Origin: an uncultured Chloroflexia bacterium
Lineage (GTDB): Bacteria; Chloroflexota; Anaerolineae; B4-G1; SLSP01
Reading direction: 5' to 3'
NCBI GenBank assembly: GCA_963751345.1
Contig: CAVVUS010000022.1
Coordinates: forward strand, 64,001 to 128,000
DNA: 64,000 nt
Of this stretch, positions 53,254 to 63,348 are shown one piece after another. Positions within the stretch are counted from its first letter, which is position 1. The number at the start of each line of letters is the position of its first letter. The position numbers and the translations under genes are program-made. The notes beneath the pieces were generated by a model. It did no database searches. It had not been told where the DNA came from and saw only the letters and a program-made list of their open reading frames with translations.

Positions 53254-53306
53254 AGACACACGAACCTTCGCTAGGCTTCGGAAGCCTAGCGAAGGTTCGT
53301 GTGTCT
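53254..53306. repeat. Perfect 26-bp-arm palindrome containing two REP-like units
   Basis: agacacacgaaccttcgctaggcttc-g-gaagcctagcgaaggttcgtgtgtct, between convergent cysK and the GH35-like gene. Confidence 0.85.
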
Positions 53307-55833
53307 ACACGCCGGCCATCTTCTCGGATAACCGCGCCAGCAGCGCACCGGCCTCCAGTCGTGCCACGCCTAGGCCGGGCTTCGCCCCCCGGGTCCACTG
53401 GGCAATAAGCAACTCGTTGGGTCCGGTGCGACGCAGCACGCCGTCGGGCAGCCAGAGCCTGCGCTGAGGCTCTTGGGGGTACGCCGCTCGCCCGATCAAC
53501 ATCCCGTTCAGGTATACGTAACACCTGGCGGGGGTCTGCTCCAGCACGAGATAGAGAGGCACCTCAATATCCCGCGGCAGGAAGAGATCGAAGCGACTGT
53601 GATGCCATGTGATGTCCGCGGCTCCCTCCTCGCTGATAAGGGCCCAATCGGCAAATCCGTAGAATCCCTGGACCCGGATCTCTCCTGACAGCCCCGCTCG
53701 CACACACCACCGCGTCACCGGCTCTCCATGGAGGTGACACGAGACGAGGCCATGGGGTTCGGAAGCGGCATCCCAGGGCGTCGCTCTCCCCTGGTTCTCG
53801 ACGAGAATCGACAGGACATTGTGGGGCAACAAGTGTCGCGAGGGCAGCGGCAGTGTCTTGGGTACCGCCGGTCCGAACTCGGGCGCAGAGTTGAGCGAAG
53901 CGATATGGGCACCGTTCAGGAAGAGATCACAGGCATGACGACACGCCAGCGTCACAGCCACGGGCGCGCCCCCGAAATGAGCCCGATACCATACGAAGCC
54001 ATAGTCAATGCCCTGGCGCTCCATAGCAGGCGCCTCACCAGGTACCATCGTTCGCCAGTCCTGATCGTCATAGTCGGGCAGGGCCTCCGGCGCTCCGGGT
54101 CGTGAAGCCCAGGTGAGCACGGGCACGGTGACCGGCTCAGGCGCTGGCCACGTAATGGGTGCCAGCCAAGTATGTGGGTCGCTACCACGCCAGGGCCCCC
54201 AGCGGTACCCGAACCCTCTGCGCGCTGCAAGGAACCGATACGAGCCATCCCGCTGGGGCAACACGAAGTCGGGGCCGATGACGACGCCACGCGCCGGCTC
54301 ATCGGCCGTCGTAGCCCAGGATGCCGGGTAGGCCGGCGTCTTGCGCCACGTGTCATCCATCGGCCATGTACGTGCCGAAAGATGCGGATCGAGGGCCAGC
54401 AACTGCAGGGTAGCCTGCTCACCGTCCAGCACGACCGACCCAAGCCTGCCTGGATCGAAGTGGACCAGAAGCCCGCCCTCCAGCCGCTCGACGTAAGCAC
54501 CTCCTCGGCGGTGTCGCGGGCGGAAGTCCGGCGGCAGGAGTACCTCGCCGCCTTCGTCGTTTTGGAGCACGAGCAACTCCCGTCCGGCCACGATAGTGTG
54601 CAGTATGGGCTCGAGGCTCGTGCCGATCAGGCGGCTGTCAGCAGCCGGCGGCTACGGCAACCGCCAGTTAAGAGGTATGACCACGGCCGAGCCCGCGCCG
54701 ACGGCAATATCCTCCACGACGACCGCGTCATCACCGGCGCCCAGCGACACAGCGACAAACGCCCCACCGTGACCACCCGCGAGGAACACGACCGCCCCGT
54801 CAGGGCCGCTGCGCGCGCCAATCAGATGTTCCGCAGGTGTAGCGTGCACATCGTAGGCAGGGCCGGAGTCGGCGAGGACGTCGCCCATCGTCTCAAGGGA
54901 CAGCGCGACACGGCGGGCGCCGTAGTAGGCCTCCCCCAGCGCCCCGCCCTCCCCGACGAGGGTGCCGGCAACCGGAGTCGCAAGCGGGCCGGCGGTGCCC
55001 CACCATCCCCACCGGGTACCGGTGTGCGCTGGCGTAAGCGCGGAGGCCGCCATTCCGTGGGCGAACGGCGTCGTGATCGACAGCCGTAGGTCCGCTTTGC
55101 GGGTGCCGTCAGGGGTCTGTGTCTGTTGGACGCTTGCCCCGAGTGAATCGCCGGTCACGTCCACCAGCGCGAGCCCGCGGACGTCGAGAATGGCGTCACC
55201 AGCCGGATCTACCACCAGCGGTAGCAGGTCTTCGCCCCAGGCCAGGTCGGCCGCTTCGGGCACGACACAGGGCACGCCTATGCCTCTCTCACGAAGAAGG
55301 CCCAGGAGCGGCCCCATCCAGGGAGTTAATGATCGTCCGTTGGTGCAGATGCCAGGATCCACGATCGTAGCGATGAGATTCGGGCGATTCCGCAGGAGCG
55401 GGAGTAGCCGGTCCCACCAATCACTGAGATGTCGTACAAGCGCCGGCGGAAGCTCGTCGGATAGACGAGTCCCGCACACCCCCTGCATGCTCGGTAAACG
55501 ATGGATCCAGGCCGGAATCCCCCCGCCATCGAGAGCCGCTCCAATCCAGGGACCGACGTGCGGTATGAGCCAAAGCCCGGCCTCCTCGACCTCGTCGAAG
55601 AGATGCGGGAGGTCGCGTGGGCCGGTGAAGTCATGGAAACCCACGTCCGGGCTGTGGTAGGCCCAGGGGATGGGGATCACGATGGCGTTGAACCCCGCCA
55701 TACGGACGCGATCCAACATGGGACGCCACAGATCGGGATGGGGAAGACGGAAGTAGTCGAGGACGCCCGCCTGAATCAGCGCGGGCTTACCGTCGATGCT
55801 GATGGCCTCAGGCGTGACGATGACGTTTGGCAA
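53305..55833 (-). pseudogene. GH35 beta-galactosidase-like gene interrupted by an in-frame TAG (54652-54654), catalytic motifs degenerate
   Basis: DYFRLPHPDLW, GFNAI..IPW.YH, DFTG.RDL, GG.P.W; C-terminal jelly rolls (GFVWYR, LFLNG, VENQG, YLNG.LIGR). ORFs 54652..55833 and 53305..54591 are in the same frame. Confidence 0.7.
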
Positions 55834-55846
55834 GGGCCACAGCCGA

Positions 55847-56759
55847 TCAAGCTTCAGAGAGCGCTACCGCGATCTTTGCGGCAACCCGCGCATTCTGCAC
55901 CAGGAGGCTCTCGTTCGCCCGTTTGGTACGCGCTTCGCTGAGCTCAACCATCCGGGCGAGGATGAAGGGGGTCAGCGCCTTTCCCGTCACACCCGTGGCC
56001 TCTGCCTCAGCCACAGCCCGCTCAATCATGGGCTCCACAACATCCGCAGGCACCTCATCTTCAGCCGGGACCGGAACTGCGACGAGCAAAGCCTGCGGCA
56101 GGCCGAGTGATCTCTGTGACCGGAAGATCTCGGCCACATCCCCCGGGCCGCCCACCATCAGATCCACGGCAAGGCCCGACCTGCGGCTGTAGAACGCCGG
56201 AAACTCCTCGGTCCGCCACCCGATCACGGGCACGCCCCACGTCTCCAGGGTCTCCAGCGTGCGTGGCAGGTCCAGGATCGACTTGGCCCCGGCGCATACC
56301 ACCACGATAGGAGTTGACGCGAGGACCGGCAGATCCGCGGAGACATCCTCGGGATGGCCACGGTGTACCCCACCGATACCCCCGGTGGCAAAAACACGGA
56401 TTCCGGCCATCCGGGCCAGATGGGCAGTTGCCGCCACCGTCGTCCCTCCGTGAATGCCGCGCAGTTTGGCCAGGGGCAGATCGCGAATGCTCACCTTGAC
56501 GGCCGCGTGGCCGCCGGCCAATGCATCGATCTGGCATATCGTTCAGCCCAATGTGAGGAGCTCCCTCCCAGATACCAATCGTCGCCGGGCAGGCATTCTG
56601 GGCTCGGATCGCCCCTGTCATAGCCTGGGTGACGGCTACGTTAGCCGGGTAGGCAAACCCGTGGGTGATGAGAGCAGATTCGAGGGCGACCACCGGTCGG
56701 CCCTGCGCAATCGCGTTACTCACCTCTCGGCTGAACGTCAAGACATCGCTCTTGACCAC
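55847..56759 (-). CDS. psuG: Pseudouridine-5'-phosphate glycosidase, +1 frameshift near 56535
   Basis: VVALESALITHG, KVS.RDL, TTVAAT, FATGGIGGVHRG, DVSADL, AGAKSILD, GKALTPF.L. Confidence 0.92.
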
Positions 56760-57948
56760 TCAGGTCACCAGCAGCGATTCGGCAAGCGCCGCGTATGACT
56801 GGGCGGCTGCATAGACTTGTTTGAGATCTACGTATTCGTTGCCGCAGTGGGCAATGGAGGGATCGCCGGGGCCAAAGCCCACGGTCGGGATGCCGGCCAC
56901 GGCTGCCGTGTAGGCTCCCTCGGTGGCAAAGGACCACCGTGTGATGCCGGGCCGCAGGCCTGCATTGCGGGCGGCCTGCAGCATTGCCTGCACGAGCGGA
57001 TGGCGCTCGTCCAGCGCCCAAGGCAGCGATACACGACGTGCCCAGAGCACCTGCCCGGTATGGGTCGTGACCTCGTGCTCGATCACGTGCACCTCGGCAT
57101 CGATCCCCTCACGGGCGATCACGCGCTGAATCTCCAGCAGAGCCATTTCCTCCGTCTCACCAACGGTCAGTCTCCGGTCCAGGAACATATCACAGCGATC
57201 CGGAATCGCATTCCGGCTGGCGCTGTGTGACGTGATCTCCGTCACCGCAAGCACGCCGGGGCCCAGAAAAGGATCATTCATAAGCTGACCGGCCAGCATC
57301 TCGAGGCCAAAGAGGACCCGCGCCCCGGCATATATGGCGTTCACGCCCAACTCCGGCGTCGACGAGTGTGCGGACTTGCCCTTGACGGTCAACATCATCT
57401 CCAGATGTCCCCGTTGTGCCCGGACGACCTGTAGATTCGAGGGTTCCGCGATGATCACCCAATCAGGGCAGAGCCCATTGCCCTCCAGCAGGGCCCGCGT
57501 GCACGTGCCCTCCGAGGGCTCCTCAAGCCCAACACACGCGACCAGGACGGAACCCGAGAGCAGGTCCCGTCGCCCGGCAAGCTGAGCAGCGCCGTAGACG
57601 GTCGCCGCCAATCCGCCTTTCATATCACACGCACCCAACCCGTACAGCCGATCGCCTTCTACCACCGCCCCGTAGGGATCGACCTTCCATGTACTGGGGG
57701 TCCGCGACCTCTACCGTGTCCATGTGGCTGTCAAACATCAGCGCCGGCCCTCGCGCCGGGCCGATGCGGCCCACCACATTGCCCGCCTCGTCGACGTGCA
57801 CTTCGTCGTAGCCGAGCCGACGCATCTCGTCGACGATCAGTGCGGCTACGGAGCCTTCGCGTCCCGAAGGGCTGGAGGTTCGCACCAAAGCCTGTAAGAA
57901 TCTGAGGAGCGATTGACGGCCCTCACTTGATAACTCCCACCGAGGCAT
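56760..57948 (-). CDS. M20 metallohydrolase (YgeY/ArgE/DapE-like), +1 frameshift in the C-run near 57697
   Basis: DSHMDTV, GLGACDMKGG, LEE, AEPS, GKSAHSS.PELG.NA, FATEG, GFGPG...AH...E. Confidence 0.88.
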
Positions 57949-57996
57949 AGATCTCTCCGGAATCGTACACTAGAGGCCCAATGGAGCGGCGCCGCG

Positions 57997-59418
57997 TCAA
58001 TAGGCGCCGTCGCGGGCCAGAACCTGGGGTATAGTTCGCACCAAGATGCTCAAGTCCAACCATGGGGACCAATGCTCAATGTAGTATAGGTCCAGCAGCA
58101 CCATCTCGTCAAACGACAGTTCGCTGCGACCACTCACCTGCCATAGTCCGGTCATACCGGGAGGCACGGTCAAGCGCTGCTCGTGCCATGGCTGGTATTG
58201 CGCCACTTCATCGGGAATAGGTGGACGTGGCCCGACCAGACTCATTTCACCCCGCAGAACATTGATTACCTGGGGCAACTCATCTATGCTGGTCTGGCGC
58301 AAGAACCGCCCCACCCTGGTGACCCTTGGATCGTCGCGCATCTTGAAAAGAGGGCCATCCGCCTCATTGTGCTCCAGCAACTCTCCCAACTGCAACTCGG
58401 CCCCTACCCGCATCGTGCGGAACTTGTAAATGCCGAAATGCTCGCCGTTCTCGCCGACGCGCTCCTGTATGAACAATACGGGGCCGGACGAATCCAGCTT
58501 GATGGCGATAGAGATGAACAAGAATAGAGGCCACCCGACGATCAGCAGGAGAATGGCTCCGACCAAGTCGAGGACCCGCTTGAACGCTAATTCCACGTGA
58601 CTGAATGCGATTTCCTTTATTTCGATCAGGGGTAGACCTCCGAGATCCCCCACTTCTACGCGGCTCAGGCTCAGTTGGAAGAGGTCCGGCACAAGGCGAG
58701 CCTTGACGTCACGCCGAGCACACGTTCGAAGAACGCTGAGGATTCTGCGATGATAGTTCCACGGAAGCGTGATAATCACCTCATCGACCTCGTGCTCGTC
58801 GATAAGGTGCGAGAGATTGTCGACCGAGCCAAACCCACAGAAACGCCCAATCTTGCCCTCACCTTTGTCGGGGTTATCATCGACGTAACCCACGATATCG
58901 TAACCCAGGTCGCGTCGCGCCACGACCGTGCGCATAACGCGTCGCCCGACCTCACCTGCACCGACAATGACCACACGTTTGACGCCAATGCCTCGTCTGC
59001 GTAGATGAGCCTGGATCGCCATCGCGATCGAGCGATCCAGCGATATGAGCATAACCATGAACACGCCGCTCTCGAAGAGCAGAAGTCGTGAGTATACCAG
59101 GGGCCGAACTACAAACGACCAGGCAAGAGCGGCAACCAGCGTGATGACGACAGCGTTGATGATCTCGAAGACGTGCTCGAGCCATACCTGCCCACGCCAG
59201 TTCTTATATGACTTACTGACCCACAGCACCAAGGGCACCCCAAACGAGAAGAGCAGGTTGAAGGGCAAATATGCGCGATAGGGCGCGTCAAAAGCGACAT
59301 CAAGAAACCACTGTAGGCGATAGCGCAACAGATAGGCCAATGGCATGGCCAGGTTGATCATGGCCACATCCAGAAGGATGACCCACCAGGGAGCATAGTC
59401 ACGCCGGTTGGGGGTCAC
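57997..59418 (-). CDS. Polyprenyl-phosphate sugar phosphotransferase (WcaJ/CpsE-like priming glycosyltransferase)
   Basis: Four N-terminal TMs, IVGAG Rossmann-like domain, KRVLD, KFRTM, DPRVT.VG.FLR.TSIDELPQ, PGMTGLWQVSGR. Confidence 0.92.
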   Translation of the reverse strand: MTPNRRDYAPWWVILLDVAMINLAMPLAYLLRYRLQWFLDVAFDAPYRAYLPFNLLFSFGVPLVLWVSKSYKNWRGQVWLEHVFEIINAVVITLVAALAWSFVVRPLVYSRLLLFESGVFMVMLISLDRSIAMAIQAHLRRRGIGVKRVVIVGAGEVGRRVMRTVVARRDLGYDIVGYVDDNPDKGEGKIGRFCGFGSVDNLSHLIDEHEVDEVIITLPWNYHRRILSVLRTCARRDVKARLVPDLFQLSLSRVEVGDLGGLPLIEIKEIAFSHVELAFKRVLDLVGAILLLIVGWPLFLFISIAIKLDSSGPVLFIQERVGENGEHFGIYKFRTMRVGAELQLGELLEHNEADGPLFKMRDDPRVTRVGRFLRQTSIDELPQVINVLRGEMSLVGPRPPIPDEVAQYQPWHEQRLTVPPGMTGLWQVSGRSELSFDEMVLLDLYYIEHWSPWLDLSILVRTIPQVLARDGAY

Positions 59419-60560
59419 GCCGACCGTCCCCTATGGATGGCCCACCGGTAGACATCCAGCGTCTTGCGTGCCGCGGCGTCCCAGGAGAAACCTGCCGCCC
59501 GTGCGAGCCCGCGCGCGCGCAACTCGTGTCGCAGGCCCTCGTCGGTGAGGAGCGATTGCAGCGCCTCTGCAATCGCCGCCTCGTCCTCGGCAGGTGCGGT
59601 CACAACCGCATCCCCTCCCACTTCAGGGAGTGAGGTTGAGGCTGACGTGATCGTAGGAGTGCCGCAGGCCAACGCCTCCAGCACCGGCATGCCGAATCCC
59701 TCGTAGATAGACACATAGGCAAAAACGCGGGCGGCATTATACCAGAGGACTTGCTCGTCGGCAGAAACGAATCCGGGAAAGTGAACACGATCGGAGAGCC
59801 CAAGACGTTCCACCTCAGCCAATATCTCTTCGTAGAACCATCCCTGTCCACCCGCGAGGACCAGATGGAGCTCCGGGTCGTTCTGCCGGCCAAAGGCACG
59901 GATCAAGCGGATCAGGTTCTTGCGGGGTTCCAGCGTCCCGAGGAAGAGCACAAAGCGGTCGGGCAGACTGCGCCGGCTGCGGAACTCCGCGACCTGCGCC
60001 TCCGGTAGAGGGCGGAAACGCGCGGCCACGCCGTGATAGACGCGAAACACACGTTCTTCGGGAACCTTCAGCAACTTGACCACCTCTCGTGCCGTGAAGT
60101 CTGAGACGGCGATCACCGCCCCGGCGCGGCGACAGGCGGGACCGGTCAACGAACTCAGGTAGAGTCGGTTGCCGGCCCTGAAGAACTCTGGATAGCGCAG
60201 GAAACTGAGGTCATGGATTGTGATGACCTGTGGGCAAGGGGCAAGGAGCGGCCCCACAAAAGCCGGGGCATGCAGCAAGGACGCCCCCAACCTACGCGCT
60301 AAGATGGGAAGCACAGTCTGCTCCCAGGCGATCCGTCGCCAGGGCGAGGAGGTGGACGGCCCCGTATGCGTCACCGGCAGCTCCACACCTTCCGGTGCAA
60401 CCCCATGCCCCAGGAAGACCTGAAAACGCAGCTCGCGATCGTCCGGTGCATAACGCTGCAGCAGATTGAGTATATAGACGGATATCCCTGCACTTCGGTA
60501 GGAAGCGTCGCCTGAAAGCAGGTGAGCGTTGAATGCGACCAGAGGGTTCTGTGAGCTCAT
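59415..60560 (-). CDS. Glycosyltransferase family 4
   Basis: TIHDL, AVSDFT, GTLEPRKN, YEGFGMPVLEALACG.P, SLPEV. Confidence 0.92.
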   Translation of the reverse strand: MSSQNPLVAFNAHLLSGDASYRSAGISVYILNLLQRYAPDDRELRFQVFLGHGVAPEGVELPVTHTGPSTSSPWRRIAWEQTVLPILARRLGASLLHAPAFVGPLLAPCPQVITIHDLSFLRYPEFFRAGNRLYLSSLTGPACRRAGAVIAVSDFTAREVVKLLKVPEERVFRVYHGVAARFRPLPEAQVAEFRSRRSLPDRFVLFLGTLEPRKNLIRLIRAFGRQNDPELHLVLAGGQGWFYEEILAEVERLGLSDRVHFPGFVSADEQVLWYNAARVFAYVSIYEGFGMPVLEALACGTPTITSASTSLPEVGGDAVVTAPAEDEAAIAEALQSLLTDEGLRHELRARGLARAAGFSWDAAARKTLDVYRWAIHRGRSA

Positions 60561-60680
60561 TCCTTATGCATTATAGCGAGCTTCCTTGGCCTGACAAAAA
60601 CCTTCCAATAACGATAGCTTGTCTGCCGACCAGAGTCAGCTAGAATAAAACGATCGAATGAGACAATCGTTGGAAAGCGG

Positions 60681-60983
60681 ATGCAGGGATCAACTTCTCC
60701 GAGCACACATCATAAGGCCGTCCACCTGATTGTGGAGGGGCTTGTTCAGGGCGTAGGATTCAGGTACTTCGCTCAGGCGAGTGCCCGACGCACGGGTGTT
60801 GCCGGCTGGGTACGCAACCGAGAGGACGGCACCGTCGAGATCAGTGCAGAAGGTACCGAAGACCGGCTCAAGCAGTTTATTCAGGCCATCCGCCGCGGTC
60901 CATCCCACAGCATGGTCACAAAAGTCGATGTGACCTGGGAAACGGCGACTGGCGCCTCCCGTAGTTTCCATATACGATACTGA
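60681..60983 (+). CDS. acyP: Acylphosphatase
   Basis: VEGLVQGVGFR, GWVRNREDGTVE..AEG, GP...V. Confidence 0.94.
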   Translation: MQGSTSPSTHHKAVHLIVEGLVQGVGFRYFAQASARRTGVAGWVRNREDGTVEISAEGTEDRLKQFIQAIRRGPSHSMVTKVDVTWETATGASRSFHIRY

Positions 60984-60986
60984 TCA

Positions 60987-62240
60987 ATGCTGAAGAAAAC
61001 GGAGAGCCTTGCCTGGCTCGTCCTCGTCCTTTCCTTTTTTATGTGCGTTACTCTGGCGCTTGGCGTGCCGCTGGCGACGCGGCGTTACGTGCTTACCGGC
61101 GTCCGCCCCCTCGAGATCGTGCTCCAACGACGCCAGGGAACCGTCACGCTTCAGGATCCGGGCAGCAGCTCCAGCCTCGTGGTAGAATCGTCCGTGGAAG
61201 TCACGCCACGGAGCCGAATCCAGGGCGACAGCGACGCAGACGCGCTCTTGCTCTTCTATCACCCAGACCAACTTGACTCGCCGGTCGCCACGATACAGTT
61301 GTACGGCAAGACGGATCTCACCGTGAGCAGCGCCCGAACCCCACGCTTTGCGGCAAGTTCGCTGCCCCACCGGATCCACATCCTGGTCACACAAGCGCTC
61401 AACATGCACCCCTCGGTCTTCGGTAACGGTCGGGACACGGAGTTGATTGTCGAGACGCCCCAGGGGTCCGTGCGCCTGGAAGAGGGTGCGTTCCGCCTCG
61501 AGGTCGAGCAGCGGCAGACGGCGCTCATCGTGAATGCGGGACGGGCCGCCGTAACAGATCCCTCAACGGGGGAGACGCTGGTCCTGGTCCCCCTCCAACG
61601 TACGGAGATCACAGCAGATGGCGTGGGCGATATCTACGTCGGGGCCCGCGACCTACTCAGCAACCGGAACGGCAACTTTGAGGCACCATTGGCGGATACC
61701 TGGACGGTCTATCGCGATTGGTTCGACGCGAACGAGGACGGTGGCTCCGTACTCCAAGCGCAGTTGGGCGACGAGGAGCGCATCGTCACCTTCGAGCGCG
61801 CCGGGGTGAGCCACGCTGAGACAGGGATCCGGCAGGAGATCAATCAGGATATCCGCGAGGCCAAATCTTTGCGAATTCGGGCGCGCGTTCGGATCAGTAC
61901 CCAGACGCTACCCGTGTGCGGCTCGGTAGGCACGGAGTGTCCCATTATGATCCGCATCTACTACGTGGATCAGGAGAGCGGAAGTGTCCGCGAATGGCTG
62001 CAGGGCTTCTACTTCATGGAGGGCGACAACGAGCCGTTCTGCCAGATCTGCCGCGACTGGAAGCCTGAACAGATCCAGGTCCCGCAGGACGTGTGGTACG
62101 ACTACGAGTCCCCCGATCTGCTGCCTCTACTGCGGGCCCAACAGACGGTTCCTGCCGCGATCCAGTCCATCGAGATCTATGCCTCAGGCTGGACGTACGG
62201 TTCGTCGATCGACGACATCGCGATCCTGGTTGGCGATTGA
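60987..62240 (+). CDS. Membrane-anchored hypothetical protein (FecR-like beta region + CBM-like C-terminal domain)
   Basis: N-terminal TM; VETPQG..GAFRLEV..T.L.V..G.A; NGNFE...CGSVGTECP...IDDI. Confidence 0.65.
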   Translation: MLKKTESLAWLVLVLSFFMCVTLALGVPLATRRYVLTGVRPLEIVLQRRQGTVTLQDPGSSSSLVVESSVEVTPRSRIQGDSDADALLLFYHPDQLDSPVATIQLYGKTDLTVSSARTPRFAASSLPHRIHILVTQALNMHPSVFGNGRDTELIVETPQGSVRLEEGAFRLEVEQRQTALIVNAGRAAVTDPSTGETLVLVPLQRTEITADGVGDIYVGARDLLSNRNGNFEAPLADTWTVYRDWFDANEDGGSVLQAQLGDEERIVTFERAGVSHAETGIRQEINQDIREAKSLRIRARVRISTQTLPVCGSVGTECPIMIRIYYVDQESGSVREWLQGFYFMEGDNEPFCQICRDWKPEQIQVPQDVWYDYESPDLLPLLRAQQTVPAAIQSIEIYASGWTYGSSIDDIAILVGD

Positions 62241-62268
62241 GCACCTCACCCATTGGAGGCATCCGCCG

Positions 62269-63348
62269 ATGAGCAGGCCACACCTTCCACCCCTCTACCC
62301 GATCGGCAAGCTGCCGCAGGCAGACCTGGTCCGGCTTCTGGATCGCGCGCTTCCTCGCCCCGACCCACGCGTCGTCTTTGGGCCTGGACTCGGCAGGGAC
62401 GCAGCCGTGATCGACTTCGGGGACCGCTATCTGGTCACGAAGACAGATCCGATCACCTTTGCGACAGACGAGATCGGCTGGTACGTCGTTCACATCAACG
62501 CTAACGACATTGCGTGCCTCGGCGCGCGGCCCCGCTGGTTTATCGTGACCCTGCTCCTGCCCGAGGGCCAGACCGACCGAGCTCTGGTCGAGACGCTATT
62601 TGACCAGATAACGAAGGCAAGCGAGGCCTTGGACATCAGCGTTGTCGGCGGCCACACCGAGATCACCCACGGTATCGATCGCCCCATCGCCGTGGGTGCG
62701 ATGTTTGGGGAGGTGGCCCCGGACGATCTTGTGCGATCTAACGGCGCTCGGGTAGGCGACGCGCTGATCTTGACCAAGGGCATCGCGGTGGAGGGAACGG
62801 CGATTCTGGCGCGCGAGCTGGGGAACGATCTCAGTGACCGACTCGCCCCGGAGACAATCGTCAAAGCCGCTGCGTTCCTGCACACGCCGGGTCTAAGTGT
62901 GGTAAAGGATGCGATGACGGCCACCTCCGCAGGTGAAGTGCACGCGATGCATGATCCGACGGAGGGCGGCGTCGCTACCGGCATTCACGAACTGACCGCT
63001 GCGGCAGGCCTCGGCGCCATCATCGACGAGCAAGCGCTGCCCTACTTTCCCGAGACCCTGTCCATCTGCGGGGCCCTCGAGCTGGACCCGCTGGGCATCA
63101 TTGCGTCGGGTGCCCTGTTGATGTCCGTGGCAAGCGATACAGCGTCTGCCATCATCGATGCACTCGCAGGGGCCGGCATCGCGGGATACGTCATTGGTGA
63201 AGTGACGAAAGAGCCCGGCGTGACCCTGAGCAACGGGGCGACCAGCCGTCCACTCCCCCAGTTTGCACGGGATGAGATCGCGCGCCTCTTCGAAAGGCGC
63301 GCATATCGAGGGACGAAAGCCTCTCGAACAGGTAACGCCATCACGTGA
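62269..63348 (+). CDS. AIR synthase (PurM/HypE-like) family protein
   Basis: GKL, G.DAAV, KTDPITFA, NANDIA..GA.P, GGHTE, MHDPTEGG; GGAGG RBS. Confidence 0.88.
   Translation: MSRPHLPPLYPIGKLPQADLVRLLDRALPRPDPRVVFGPGLGRDAAVIDFGDRYLVTKTDPITFATDEIGWYVVHINANDIACLGARPRWFIVTLLLPEGQTDRALVETLFDQITKASEALDISVVGGHTEITHGIDRPIAVGAMFGEVAPDDLVRSNGARVGDALILTKGIAVEGTAILARELGNDLSDRLAPETIVKAAAFLHTPGLSVVKDAMTATSAGEVHAMHDPTEGGVATGIHELTAAAGLGAIIDEQALPYFPETLSICGALELDPLGIIASGALLMSVASDTASAIIDALAGAGIAGYVIGEVTKEPGVTLSNGATSRPLPQFARDEIARLFERRAYRGTKASRTGNAIT

Noticed and set aside
56760-57948. Selenoprotein or selenium-utilisation locus (YgeY-like M20; SelD-like AIR synthase protein at 62269)
   Set aside because: No in-frame TGA or SECIS-like element; the AIR synthase-family protein lacks the SelD N-terminal Cys/Sec-x-x-Lys motif.
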